IMG/VR virus record: IMGVR_UViG_3300008259_003761
From: an uncultured virus (IMG/VR IMGVR_UViG_3300008259_003761)
Lineage: Duplodnaviria; Heunggongvirae; Uroviricota; Caudoviricetes
Length of the DNA stretch: 64,000 nt
Direction: 5' to 3' (one strand)
Below the pieces are notes generated by a model that did not search any database, was not told where the DNA came from, and saw only the letters and a program-made list of their open reading frames with translations. Made by a program: the position numbers and the translations under genes. Below, one piece after another: positions 50,155 to 61,200 of the stretch; positions within the stretch are counted from its first letter, which is position 1, and every line of letters begins with the position of its first letter.

Positions 50155-50778
50155 ATGGCATATTTAGATAATACAGAAATTACAGTCGATGCAATTCTTA
50201 CCAAAAAAGGTAGACAAAAATTAGCATCCGGTCAGGCATTAAACATCACCAAATTCGCTTTGGGGGATGATGAAATAGATTATACATTGTATGAACCAGC
50301 ACACCCAAAGGGTTCAGCATATTATGATTCGGCTATTAGAGCCATTCCAATTACCGAAGCAACACCTGATGAAACTCAAGTGTTAAGATACAAATTGGTA
50401 ACTCTTCCAAAAGGAACTACACAAATTCCTATTGTAAGATTAGGAATTCCTTCAATTGGTGTAACCCAATCAGAGGGTGGTGTGGCAATGACGCCAACTA
50501 CTTCTCCTGCTGGAAACACAAATGCTGGTTATACTATGGTATTAGCAGACCAAAACTCTGGTACATTAACTGTAACTAGAGGAGCAACGGCAACAGGTAC
50601 AATTCCTGTTTTCTTGGGTGAAGAGGTATCAACAACAGCGCAAGTTGTAAATGGTTTAGAGTTTAAGTTTACTCCTAATCCATCATTAACTTATGATGTA
50701 TCAACAACAATTACTGTTTATGGTAACGAAACGGGTGGTTCACAAACTATACCAGTAACTGTAACTTATCAAGCATAA
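50155..50778 (+). CDS. tail/baseplate protein (tail-collar-fibre N-terminal-like)
   Basis: AILTKKGRQKLA...ITKFALGD. Confidence 0.6.
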   Translation: MAYLDNTEITVDAILTKKGRQKLASGQALNITKFALGDDEIDYTLYEPAHPKGSAYYDSAIRAIPITEATPDETQVLRYKLVTLPKGTTQIPIVRLGIPSIGVTQSEGGVAMTPTTSPAGNTNAGYTMVLADQNSGTLTVTRGATATGTIPVFLGEEVSTTAQVVNGLEFKFTPNPSLTYDVSTTITVYGNETGGSQTIPVTVTYQA

Positions 50779-50792
50779 AAAAATAGAGAAAT

Positions 50793-52025
50793 ATGGCACT
50801 TATTACAGACCCTAATATAACCGCCCAATTAGCAGACTTGGCTAACACTGGCACAATTGATACTAATGCGATTATATCAATTTTGAATCAGGCGTTACCA
50901 CCATCTCAGCAATTATCGGCTGGTTCGGGTGTAACTACTGGAATTTATAAAAGATTCGGAGATTTTGATAAAGTTAATGCTAAAGTAGAAGTTGTAACTA
51001 CTGGATTATGGAGCAGTGATTCTGGTTCATTAGCATCATTCTTTACATCTTCAGCACAAACTTTGGCTACAACCGGTCAATATTATTACAACGTATATAA
51101 CCTTAATCCGGTAACAAACAATTCAGCAGAAGTTCAATTTGCAGTAGCATATGGACACGTTAATGGAAGTGGTTCAGTAACCTTGGATATTGATGATAGT
51201 TCATTGTTAGCAACAAAAGCAACTTACGCTCAATATCGTTCAATGTTATTGGATGACCCAACCCAAAAATTCCAATTTGAAAACGGAAGCGGAATCGCTA
51301 CGGATTCTAACGATATCTACATCGTAAATGTAGCTAGAGCTAGATTCAGAGAAGAAATGGATGCTGGTAACTGGTCATTAAAATTAACTGGTGGAAGTGG
51401 TACTTTCACATTCATTGATGATAGTGGTAAAAAATTCGGCGATACGTTTGGTAAAGCTGGTAGAGTATTTAAAATTGTTAGTGGTTCACTTAATTTGGGA
51501 ACTCAAAATGAAGCAACTGTAAATACAACAACCGCATCAAACGGACAAGGATTTGGTTTATTCTATCCTGATAGAGGAATTATAGTATTAAACCCAACCG
51601 CAATTGGAGTAACTGTTGGTACAATTGCAAACGAAACATTATGGACAGATGATGGTGCAGTTATCATAAGTGGTAGCGTAACTCCATCAACACTAACAAC
51701 AACAGAACAATTCAACCACGCTAGATTACTTCAGGCAATCCGTAGAGGTGGTGATTTTGAAGCAAGAAGAACTGAAGATGTATCAACACAACATTTCTTC
51801 GTAAGAGCAACAAATAGAGAATTTAACTATTCTAACAACCCAACGTATGTGAATACTGATGGTAGTTTTTCAGAACCATCTTTTGAATCAGACCCAAAAA
51901 CATTCATTACAACTGTTGGATTGTTAAATGATGCAAACGAAATGATAGCAGTAGCTAAAACATCTCAACCAATTCCGAAATCATTTGATAAGGAAGTATT
52001 AATCAAAGTTAAACTTTCATTCTAA
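50793..52025 (+). CDS. virion structural protein
   Basis: G.FYPDRG, FNYSNNPT, ITTVGL...IAVAK..QPI; paralogue of 52108. Confidence 0.65.
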   Translation: MALITDPNITAQLADLANTGTIDTNAIISILNQALPPSQQLSAGSGVTTGIYKRFGDFDKVNAKVEVVTTGLWSSDSGSLASFFTSSAQTLATTGQYYYNVYNLNPVTNNSAEVQFAVAYGHVNGSGSVTLDIDDSSLLATKATYAQYRSMLLDDPTQKFQFENGSGIATDSNDIYIVNVARARFREEMDAGNWSLKLTGGSGTFTFIDDSGKKFGDTFGKAGRVFKIVSGSLNLGTQNEATVNTTTASNGQGFGLFYPDRGIIVLNPTAIGVTVGTIANETLWTDDGAVIISGSVTPSTLTTTEQFNHARLLQAIRRGGDFEARRTEDVSTQHFFVRATNREFNYSNNPTYVNTDGSFSEPSFESDPKTFITTVGLLNDANEMIAVAKTSQPIPKSFDKEVLIKVKLSF

Positions 52026-52052
52026 TTAAACCTTAAACTTTTAATATGAAAT

Positions 52053-52072
52053 ACCCCCGAAAGGGGGTTTTT
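52053..52072 (+). terminator. intrinsic terminator
   Basis: accccc-gaaa-gggggt + T-run. Confidence 0.85.
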
Positions 52073-52107
52073 CGTTTAAAGAATATTTATACTAAACCTC
52101 GAATTGA

Positions 52108-52968
52108 ATGATAAAAGAGATTCCAAAATCGGATATTGTTGTAAGACCACTTAAAGTTTATAAAGAATGGACTTTAGATGAAAATGATATTACGCCAATA
52201 TTTGGGTTAGAAGAAACAGGTTCTTTATTCGATACGGATACTGATGAAAAAAGTGCAGGAGTCCATAGAAGAATTATATATGAATCAATAAAATCTCAAT
52301 TTTATACAAATGCATCAACCGCATCTATTTTAAGTGAAGTTGGTAGAAGGGAATCCTATGCATCTACAAATGAAAGGATACTGGAAACTGAATTTGCGTT
52401 AATAACAATACCTCAGCAAAAATATGGTGAAGGTCTTAAAATAGGAAGTGTGGTTTTAACAGATGAAACATTGGGAAGAACATATACCGATGATGGCTAC
52501 TCAAATCTTATAGATAGTGGTAGTAATATAAAAGGTAATATATTTTATGATAGGGGATTTGTAATTTTAACTAAAGATGTAGTAAGTGGTTCTATTTTGA
52601 ATCAATTTACATTAAACTATCGTTCAACTGTAACGATATATGAAAATGAAATCTTCTTGTCTGTATTAGAAAATGAATTCAATGTTTCTCAAAACCCAAG
52701 CGCTGTTGATTGGAGTATTGATAAAAGTACTGGTAAGATAAAACTACATACTATTCAATCTTCTATAAACCCAACTAAATTTGGTGGATTTGATGATTAT
52801 GAATATAGTTCATCGATTGACCCAACTGGTTCTTATTTAGCACCATATATTACAACAATCGGATTATATGATAATGAAATGAATATGGTAGCTGTTGCAA
52901 AATTACCACAACCAATTAAATCATTACCGGATTATCCTTTAAATTTTATAGTTCGTTTTGACACATAA
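52108..52968 (+). CDS. virion structural protein (paralogue of 50793)
   Basis: GNIFYDRG, EFNVSQNPS, YITTIGLY...VAVAKLPQPI. Confidence 0.65.
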   Translation: MIKEIPKSDIVVRPLKVYKEWTLDENDITPIFGLEETGSLFDTDTDEKSAGVHRRIIYESIKSQFYTNASTASILSEVGRRESYASTNERILETEFALITIPQQKYGEGLKIGSVVLTDETLGRTYTDDGYSNLIDSGSNIKGNIFYDRGFVILTKDVVSGSILNQFTLNYRSTVTIYENEIFLSVLENEFNVSQNPSAVDWSIDKSTGKIKLHTIQSSINPTKFGGFDDYEYSSSIDPTGSYLAPYITTIGLYDNEMNMVAVAKLPQPIKSLPDYPLNFIVRFDT

Positions 52969-53003
52969 GGTTATATTTATATAAAGTTAAATACTAAACA
53001 AAA

Positions 53004-53195
53004 ATGGCAAGTATCTTAGAAATATACGAAATGGGAGTACCAAAAACAGGTACCGCTAATACTAAAGGTGGTGATAAAACCTTAATTGAAGCTGATGGTG
53101 GATTGAATCTATCAAAGGATGAAAAAAGATTAGAAAAAAGTAGAGGTGGTAAATTAAATATTAAAAAATACTCCGATACTGTTATAAAGAAGTAA
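53004..53195 (+). CDS. small hypothetical protein
   Basis: 63 aa, preceded by ATATTTATA. Confidence 0.6.
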   Translation: MASILEIYEMGVPKTGTANTKGGDKTLIEADGGLNLSKDEKRLEKSRGGKLNIKKYSDTVIKK

Positions 53196-53200
53196 AATCA

Positions 53201-53608
53201 ATGAGTTGGAAGTTTAATGGAATAGAGGTTATAGAAGAAAACACACCAGAAGGTGCGGTTGGTTTTGTCTATAAGATTATACACACTCCAACTGGTAAAT
53301 TCTATATTGGTAAAAAATCACTTACTTCAACTCGTAGATTGAAACCACTAAAAGGTAAGGTCCGTAAAAGAGTTGTTAAGAAGGCTTCTGATTGGGAAAA
53401 ATACTATTCTTCAAACGAATGGATTAAATCTGAAGTAAAAGAAGGTAGAGCTGGGGATTTTGAGAGAGAAATCATCCAATTCTGCTTTAGTAAAAAATCA
53501 CTTACATATTGGGAAGTTTGGTGGCAGTTCAAATTGGATGTACTATCAGACCCACAATCAATAAACGAAAATCTTATGGGAAAATTCTTCCGTAAGGATT
53601 TACAATAA
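53201..53608 (+). CDS. GIY-YIG-like nuclease
   Basis: GFVYKI...FYIGKK, W..YYSS, F.REI. Confidence 0.7.
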   Translation: MSWKFNGIEVIEENTPEGAVGFVYKIIHTPTGKFYIGKKSLTSTRRLKPLKGKVRKRVVKKASDWEKYYSSNEWIKSEVKEGRAGDFEREIIQFCFSKKSLTYWEVWWQFKLDVLSDPQSINENLMGKFFRKDLQ

Positions 53609-53616
53609 TTAAATTT

Positions 53617-53817
53617 ATGCAAATACCAGAAATAGCTAAAAAGTACGGAATTTCCGAAAACTTTCTAAATTCAAAGGAAGATGCGCATACTATTGCAGCA
53701 GCATCTCTTTTAGACCTTAAAAAAATGGTTGAACAAAATCAACCTAGAGAGGTAATAGCTAACAAATTACAATTCTTAGCGGATTTCCTAATAGACATCA
53801 AAAATTCTAACCATTAA
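53617..53817 (+). CDS. small hypothetical protein
   Basis: 66 aa; N-terminal IPEIAKKYGIS (HTH-like). Confidence 0.55.
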   Translation: MQIPEIAKKYGISENFLNSKEDAHTIAAASLLDLKKMVEQNQPREVIANKLQFLADFLIDIKNSNH

Positions 53818-53818
53818 A

Positions 53819-53850
53819 TTTGGTTATATCGAATAGTTTTTGTATATTTG
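53819..53850 (+). promoter_or_regulatory. Bacteroidota sigma-70-type promoter
   Basis: TTTG-N20-TATATTTG. Confidence 0.75.
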
Positions 53851-53869
53851 TGGAAAGTATATCCATATT

Positions 53870-54805
53870 ATGCTAAGTGGGAAAAACAGGCTATCGGTAA
53901 TAACAATATTAGATTCGGCATTGGGGGTTGGTTCATCCTTAAAGGGGAACGAGCAAGCACACTACTGTCCTTTCTGTCACCATCACAAAAAGAAACTTCA
54001 AATAAACATAGATACTCAACAATGGCATTGTTGGGTTTGTGATGCGAAGGGTAAACGGATATCTTCTTTACTTAAAAAGGTAAAATCTGATTTAAAAGAT
54101 ATTCAAAGATTAAAAGATATCTATGGTGATGAGCCGGAAATATACATATCCGATGATTATCCAGAAAAGTTAGAATTACCAAATGAGTTTAAACAATTAT
54201 ACTTTAAACCAAAAGGTATTAATCCATCATATAAGCAGGCAATTCATTATCTTAATAAAAGAGGTATAACAATAGCTGATATTGTAAAATATAATATTGG
54301 GTATTGTGATAGTGGTGATTATGCTGGTAGAATTATTGTACCATCATATGATGAGAATGGTGAACTTAATTATTTTGTAGCACGTTCATTTTATGATAAC
54401 AACAAAATGAAATACAAAAACCCACCCACAAGCAGAAACGTAATTGTATTTGAAAACCAAATTAATTGGAATGAGCCAATTGTTTTGGTAGAGGGTGTAT
54501 TTGATGCATTTTCGGTAAAGAGAAATGTAATTCCTTTATTGGGAAAATATCTTTTACAAAAGTTAAAAGATAAAATTATAGAAAGTGGAATTAAAGAAAT
54601 AACAATTTTATTAGATTCCGATGCAATAGAAGATTCTACAAAGCACACTAACTATTTTATAAAAAACGGAATTAAAGTAAAAAACATTATCCCATCTGAT
54701 AAAGATGCTGGTGAAATGGGATTTGCTAAAGTAACAAATTTAATAAAAGAATCATCCGAAACTAAATGGGATGATTTGATTTTAACTAAATTAAAAAATC
54801 TATGA
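53870..54805 (+). CDS. DNA primase (DnaG/gp61-like)
   Basis: Zn finger CPFC...HCWVC; YL..RGI; RIIVP; TOPRIM VEGVFD and LDSDA. Start moved to ATG 53870. Confidence 0.9.
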   Translation: MLSGKNRLSVITILDSALGVGSSLKGNEQAHYCPFCHHHKKKLQINIDTQQWHCWVCDAKGKRISSLLKKVKSDLKDIQRLKDIYGDEPEIYISDDYPEKLELPNEFKQLYFKPKGINPSYKQAIHYLNKRGITIADIVKYNIGYCDSGDYAGRIIVPSYDENGELNYFVARSFYDNNKMKYKNPPTSRNVIVFENQINWNEPIVLVEGVFDAFSVKRNVIPLLGKYLLQKLKDKIIESGIKEITILLDSDAIEDSTKHTNYFIKNGIKVKNIIPSDKDAGEMGFAKVTNLIKESSETKWDDLILTKLKNL

Positions 54806-57800
54806 GTTTGAAGAGAATATACCATATAGCTGATATTCATATTAGAAACCTAAAAAGACACAAAGAATATCGTTTGGTATTTGATAAAATGTTTGAAGAA
54901 ATCCGCCAAAGAGGTACGGAAGATTCAATCATTTATTTGGCTGGGGATATAGCTCATGCTAAGTTAGAAATGTCACCTGAATTAATCAAAGAGATTAGTT
55001 GGTTATTTACTGAATGTTCGAAACATTGTCCAACAATTCTTATTGCTGGTAATCACGATTGTAATATGAACAATTCGGATAGATTGGATGTACTTACTCC
55101 AATTGTAGAAGCATTAAATTTGACTGATTTTCATTATTTGAAAGATACACAGGTTTATTCAATTGGTGGTGTTGATTTTTCAGTATTTAGTATTTTTGAT
55201 AAAAGAGATAATTGGATTACCGCAGATAAGATGTTTGGTAATAAAAAGATTGCTTTATTTCATGGACCGGTTGATTCATCACAAACCGATGTGGGTTATG
55301 TGGTAAGTAGTAGACATTTTACAACTGATATGTTTGATGGATATGATTTAGCCCTATTGGGTGATATCCACAAAAGACAGGAAATGATTTCTCCAAAAGG
55401 ATGTAAGATTGTTTATGCTGGTTCATTGGTACAACAAAACTTTGGAGAAACCCTTGATAAGCATGGATTCTTAGTGTGGGATTTAGATACCTTTACTTAT
55501 GAAGAAGTTGATATCCCAAATGAATATGGATATTATACTTTGGATATTGATGGTGGTATAGTGCCTGATGTTACTGATATTCCAAAATATGCTCGTTTAA
55601 GAGTTAGATTATCCAACACCGATACGGCTGATACAAAGCGTATGGTAACGGAAATTAAAAAGAAATATGGTATTGAGGATTTCACTATCATTAGAACGGA
55701 TTCAATGAATAAATTGAAAACCGGAAATAGAATATCAAAGCTGGACTTCGAAGATATAACCGATGTAGAGTATCAAAACACCCTTGTTAAAGAATATCTA
55801 CAAAGAATGATGCCATTCATATCCGATGAGGACTTAAACGGAATTGAGGACATACATAAAGAGATAGCTGGAAAGATTCAAAACGATGAGGTAATCCGAA
55901 ACATAAGTTGGAAGCCAATAAAGTTCGAATTCAGCAATATGTTCTCCTATGGTGAAAGCAATAAGATTGACTTCACTAAAGTAGATGGACTGATGGGATT
56001 ATTCGCACCAAATACAGCAGGTAAATCCTCCCTATTTGATGCAATCTCCTTTTGTATGTTCGATAAGTGTAGTAGAGCATATAAAGCATCCCACGTTATG
56101 AACAACCGAAAGGATACCTTCTTTTGTAAACTACACTTTCAAATAGATGGAGTAGATTACTTCATCCGTAGAGAAGCCAGAACTATTAATAAGGGAAAGA
56201 ACGTAAAGGTAGATGTGGAGTTTTGGAAAGAAGTAGGTGGTGAAGTAGAATCACTTAACGGAACGGAACGTAGGGATACCAACACCGTCATTGAACAATA
56301 CGTTGGTAGATATGAGGACTTTGTACTAACTGCCTTATCACTTCAAGGTAACAATGCTCTCTTTATTGATAAATCACAATCCGAAAGGAAAGACCTCCTT
56401 GCTCAATTTATGGGATTGACGATATTTGATAAGCTGTATGAGGGGGCTAGTGAGGAGATTAAGGAAGTGGCAGCACTTATCAGAAATTTTAAGAGGACGG
56501 ATTTTACGACAGAATTGGCGGAAAAAGAAACCGACCTGAAAGAGAAAAAGGTTAGATTGGATGAGTTGAATAATGAGATTAAAGAATTCAATAAATCTAA
56601 AGATTCTATACAAACTCAAATTTCTGAATTAAACAAATCCATAACACCAATTGATAAAAATCTTAACATCAAAAAATTAGAGGATTCGAAATCTGATTTG
56701 GTAACTAAGATAGCTAGTGTTGGAAATCAAATGGATGAGAAGGTATCTAAGATTGATGAATATCAAAACCTATTGGGTGAGGTATCGCAATCAATCAACC
56801 AACACGCAGAAGTAAATGGATTACCTATTGATGATGCAAAGAAACAATGGGATTCAGCTAAAGGTAAGTTAGTAGAGATACAACAACAAATAGATAAATT
56901 AGAAACACAATACGAAGGTAATTTAGATAAACTAAAACATTTGGAATCACATGAGTATGACCCGAATTGTAAGTTTTGTATGAATAACGTATTTGTTAAA
57001 GATGCAATACAAACTAAAGAGACTGTTAAAGAGCAAGAGAAGCAATTAGAGGAGCTCAATTCAGCACACCATTCACTTATCAATGCCAGCGAACCACTTG
57101 CTGAGGTTGAGGATGTATGGGAGAAATTGGTTGAGTTAAGAAACAAATACCAAAAGGGAAAAGTTATTAAAGAGAAAGCTCAAGCAGAACTTAAATCATT
57201 GGAACATCAGAAGGAATTGTATGAAACTCAAATGGCTGGTGTAGAATTGGATATACAAAAGTACTACGATAATGAAGCCACAATATCAGAGAATCAAAAA
57301 ATAGAAATAGCAATTTCTGAATTGGATGTTAAGAAAAAAGATATTGAGAAAAGTTTGGGTACATATAATAAAGAACTTTTAAGTATTACTGGAAAGATTG
57401 GTTCAATTGAATCATTTATTATTGGTATAAAACAAAAAATGGATGATGTTAAGAATTTAGAAAACAAAAACCAATTATATACCTACTATTTAGATGCAGT
57501 TAAAAGAGATGGAGTTCCATACGAACTTATTTCAAAAGCAATGCCTGTTATAGAGAATGAAGTAAATAACATCTTAGGACAGATTGTTGATTTTGGAGTT
57601 GTTATGGATGTTGATGGTAAAAGTATTAACGCTAAGATTGTTTATGAGGACCAAGAGTGGCCTTTAGAACTTTGTAGTGGTATGGAGAAATTCGTTAGCG
57701 GACTTGCGATTAGAGTGGCTCTGATTAACATATGTAATCTACCAAGACCTAATTTCTTAGTAATAGATGAGGGATTTGGTACATTAGATTCTGATAACCT

Positions 57801-57945
57801 ATCATCATTATTCTTATTAATGCAGTATCTTAAAACCCAATTTGATTTCATTTGGATTATATCACATTTAGACCAAATGAGGGATGTGGTTGATGGACTT
57901 ATTGAAATTAAAAAAGAGAACGGATTCTCAAAGATTAATTTTTAG
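54802..57945 (+). CDS. fused SbcD/Mre11 nuclease - SbcC/Rad50 ATPase (gp47-gp46-like)
   Basis: DIH, GDIAH, GNHD and GDIH; Walker A APNTAGKSS; Zn hook CKFC; signature CSGME; Walker B IDEGFG.LD; H-loop ISH. Confidence 0.92.
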   Translation: MSLKRIYHIADIHIRNLKRHKEYRLVFDKMFEEIRQRGTEDSIIYLAGDIAHAKLEMSPELIKEISWLFTECSKHCPTILIAGNHDCNMNNSDRLDVLTPIVEALNLTDFHYLKDTQVYSIGGVDFSVFSIFDKRDNWITADKMFGNKKIALFHGPVDSSQTDVGYVVSSRHFTTDMFDGYDLALLGDIHKRQEMISPKGCKIVYAGSLVQQNFGETLDKHGFLVWDLDTFTYEEVDIPNEYGYYTLDIDGGIVPDVTDIPKYARLRVRLSNTDTADTKRMVTEIKKKYGIEDFTIIRTDSMNKLKTGNRISKLDFEDITDVEYQNTLVKEYLQRMMPFISDEDLNGIEDIHKEIAGKIQNDEVIRNISWKPIKFEFSNMFSYGESNKIDFTKVDGLMGLFAPNTAGKSSLFDAISFCMFDKCSRAYKASHVMNNRKDTFFCKLHFQIDGVDYFIRREARTINKGKNVKVDVEFWKEVGGEVESLNGTERRDTNTVIEQYVGRYEDFVLTALSLQGNNALFIDKSQSERKDLLAQFMGLTIFDKLYEGASEEIKEVAALIRNFKRTDFTTELAEKETDLKEKKVRLDELNNEIKEFNKSKDSIQTQISELNKSITPIDKNLNIKKLEDSKSDLVTKIASVGNQMDEKVSKIDEYQNLLGEVSQSINQHAEVNGLPIDDAKKQWDSAKGKLVEIQQQIDKLETQYEGNLDKLKHLESHEYDPNCKFCMNNVFVKDAIQTKETVKEQEKQLEELNSAHHSLINASEPLAEVEDVWEKLVELRNKYQKGKVIKEKAQAELKSLEHQKELYETQMAGVELDIQKYYDNEATISENQKIEIAISELDVKKKDIEKSLGTYNKELLSITGKIGSIESFIIGIKQKMDDVKNLENKNQLYTYYLDAVKRDGVPYELISKAMPVIENEVNNILGQIVDFGVVMDVDGKSINAKIVYEDQEWPLELCSGMEKFVSGLAIRVALINICNLPRPNFLVIDEGFGTLDSDNLSSLFLLMQYLKTQFDFIWIISHLDQMRDVVDGLIEIKKENGFSKINF

Positions 57946-58105
57946 TAGTTAGTACATTCTTTGGTAGGGGCTTATTAATAGAAGATACTTTATCTTTTAT
58001 TAGGGTCTCTACCAATCCACTTATCTTATATCCCTTTTCCTTACAAAATTCTTTTAATAATTGATGAACATCAGCATCAATTTGAATCATAGCATATTTT
58101 TTCAT
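57935..58105 (-). CDS. small ribbon-helix-helix-like DNA-binding protein (56 aa)
   Basis: MKKYAMIQIDADVHQLLKEFCKEKGYKISGLVETLIKDK...; strand-helix-helix pattern; not in the ORF track. Confidence 0.65.
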   Translation of the reverse strand: MKKYAMIQIDADVHQLLKEFCKEKGYKISGLVETLIKDKVSSINKPLPKNVLTTKN

Positions 58106-58207
58106 AACAATTCTATATTTTTCTTTAGTTTTCTAAGATAAATATTTCAAAGTTTTATTTTTACCAAATACTTATAATTGATTTCATAATTAATTTGTAG
58201 GTACTGA

Positions 58208-61200
58208 ATGGCAATAATAAAAAAATACGCTGAGGTTTTATCGCAACCCCTAACATCATACACAACTTTTGTAAATGATGATGCGCCGAACTCTACATAT
58301 TTTAGAGTTACCGAATTTAAAGATACATTTACAGGTGGTAAAAACGGATTCTTAATTGAAGGTAGTGAGCATTTAAAAGAAACTACTGAAATAAAGATTC
58401 AAATATTAGATGTGGAAGGTAATCCTGTCTATTATGAACCTGGTAATGGTATACCTGAATATTATGAAGGTAATTCCAAAATAATAGCTGTATATGTTTA
58501 TGAAACTACACCTATTGGATTGGGTAAAATAACAATCTTAGGTGAATTAAAAACTTACATTGATGAAACTGGAATTGTAAGAGATGTTCCGGAAGATTGG
58601 GCTGGTGTTTATAATTGTAAATGGGAAAGAACATTTACGATAAACAAATTAATATCTAATGAAGATAAAGTTAGATTTTACAAAAGACCAAAGGTAATAA
58701 TTAATGAAATAGTAAAACCAATTTTTTCAAACATTGTAACCGCAGTAACTCAAACTGGTTATGTTGATGGTTTTGCACAAACACCTTCTGCCGGAGAAAG
58801 ATTGACCGGTTTTACGTTACCAACAAATTACCTATTACAAATAAATAATAGTGCTACGGCTTGGACAGGTTCAGTAGTTGGAAGTACTATAAATTTAACT
58901 AATTTAAATTTTTCATCGGTTGTTGATGATGTTATATCAAACAAAGATATTACTATAACAACACCATACACAGAAAATGGAATTGTAAAAGATATTTCTA
59001 ATCAACCATATTCTGTAACATTTAACTATGTTGAGGGTATAGATAATTTAAAAACAGCATTAACAGGTTCTTTTGCAAAAATAACTTTAAGAGATTTAAC
59101 AACTTTTGTTGGTGATGCTGCAAGGGTAAAAATATTTAGAAAATCACAATCGGATTTAGCAGATTATCAATTCATTCAAGAAATACAATTAGAATCAAAT
59201 GAAATTCTTGTTGATTTGGAATCAACTACTAAAAATTTAGAAAATTATGGAGTATTTGATGAAGTATTATATCCAAACTATTGGTTAACATCATCTAATA
59301 ATATAACAACTGAATTTAATCAAGACGTTTTATATAGTTCTATAAAATTAGATAGTTTAGGTGCTAATGAATTTTACACATCTAAATCATTATCGTTAAC
59401 TACTGATGCGGAATATACATTAGGATTTAATGTAAGATTGGCTCAAAATATATCATCGGATAACTACATAAAAGTTTATTTAAGTGGTTCTAAACAAACT
59501 ACCTATAATAACGTAACATCAACAATAGGTGTTAAGAAAAATATAGTATCAATTACTTCAGATAATTCAGTTCTTCAAAAAAGCCAACTAAGTAGTAATT
59601 TTAAAGCAGAAGAAATTGATGATGCTAGATTATATTTTGAAGTAAAAGGAAATGGATGGTATGTTTCCGATGTTAGTTTAAGAGCATCGCAGGAAACTTC
59701 GTATTCACCTGATGAAATTACATTCATTCAACCAATACCAAGAACATTACCTGCTGAGACATTTACTTTCTTATTTCAATTTTACGATATTAATAACAAC
59801 TACATTCCTGTAATTGTTGAAGAAAGTAAAACTTTTGATGGTGGTAATTTAAATCCTATTCAAAAGAGTTTAGAATTAATACCATCATCTTTATATTTTC
59901 AATTTGATTCTGGTTCTGGTAATGGTAATCCGTTACCACCAACTGTGATAAGTTTTGATGTTGTTAAAAGTTACCTAACGGGTTCTGTAACATTTACATC
60001 ACGTTCATTTGATTTTTTCAATAATGAATTATCATCATCTCAATATTCAACAACTGTAACACCTGGTTATTCTTGGTGGCAATTCCCTGGTTTGTTAAGT
60101 GATATCAATTCAAATTCACCATACCTAACAGTACAAAATTTTACTGGTTCAAGAGACCCACAATTAGAAGATATAGTTGTACAATTTATTGAGTACACAG
60201 CTCAATGTGAAGGTGTTGAAGATTCGGTGATTATTACGAGAGTAGTTGATGGTAAAGGTGGGGTTAATTATGAAATTAGACCGTATAGTGGAACTGTAAT
60301 TAGAAACTCAAATCCATCATCATCTTTAGAAGTTCAAGCAATTAGAATTGATGGTGTAAACGAAATTAATTTAAGAAGTGGATTGCCGGCAGGACGTTCT
60401 GTGGTTCAACTTCACGTACAAAGTGGTTCTACTTATATCACACTTCAAGAAGCTAGTAATAAAAATTTTGTAAAAGGATTATCGGCTGGTTTAACTGGTA
60501 GTGGTCAATTAAATTATAATGCAATCTTTAAAAGAGAATCGATTGATACTCAAAGAACATTATATCTAATACCATCTGGTTCAGCAAACCCATCAGCATC
60601 AATTTTAACTACTTTAACATTAACTGATTTATTAGATGGTATTGATGCTGGTGTTGTATTATTTGATGCGGATACGTTTACAATAAACCCAAGACTTACA
60701 AATACATTTACACCAATTTCATCATCAGCTACCGCATCTTTTTATAAGAGAGGTACAACTGAAGGACCTATATCAGCATCTATTGAAGTATTCCCATCAA
60801 TGTCAGTTAATTCTGATTTTGTACCGGAGTATTGGATGTACTATGTAACAAATAGTGTGAATCCGGAAATTAGTGTTGTTGCTTATGATGAAAGAGGAAA
60901 TGTAATTCCATCCACACCTATTAATCAGTATATTGGTTCTCCGTTAACACAAAGCAAACAATTATTAGTAAACTTTACTTATACGGAAGAGTTTACATCG
61001 GCTTCGGTTAGTGTTGATAAATTGTTTACAATTGTACCAGAAGGTAAACCCGGTGATGAATCTATTGTGTTTGAAGTTACACCATCATCCGTAACATTAC
61101 AAGCAAATTCAAGAGGTATTGTAACTGATTACTCATCAACTATAACTGATGTAAAACTAAAACAAGGTTCTCGTTATTTAATTTTTACGAGTAGTAGACA

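Noticed and set aside
53201..53608. Intron-encoded homing endonuclease
   Set aside because: Free-standing; the flanking genes are not interrupted and no intron structure was seen.
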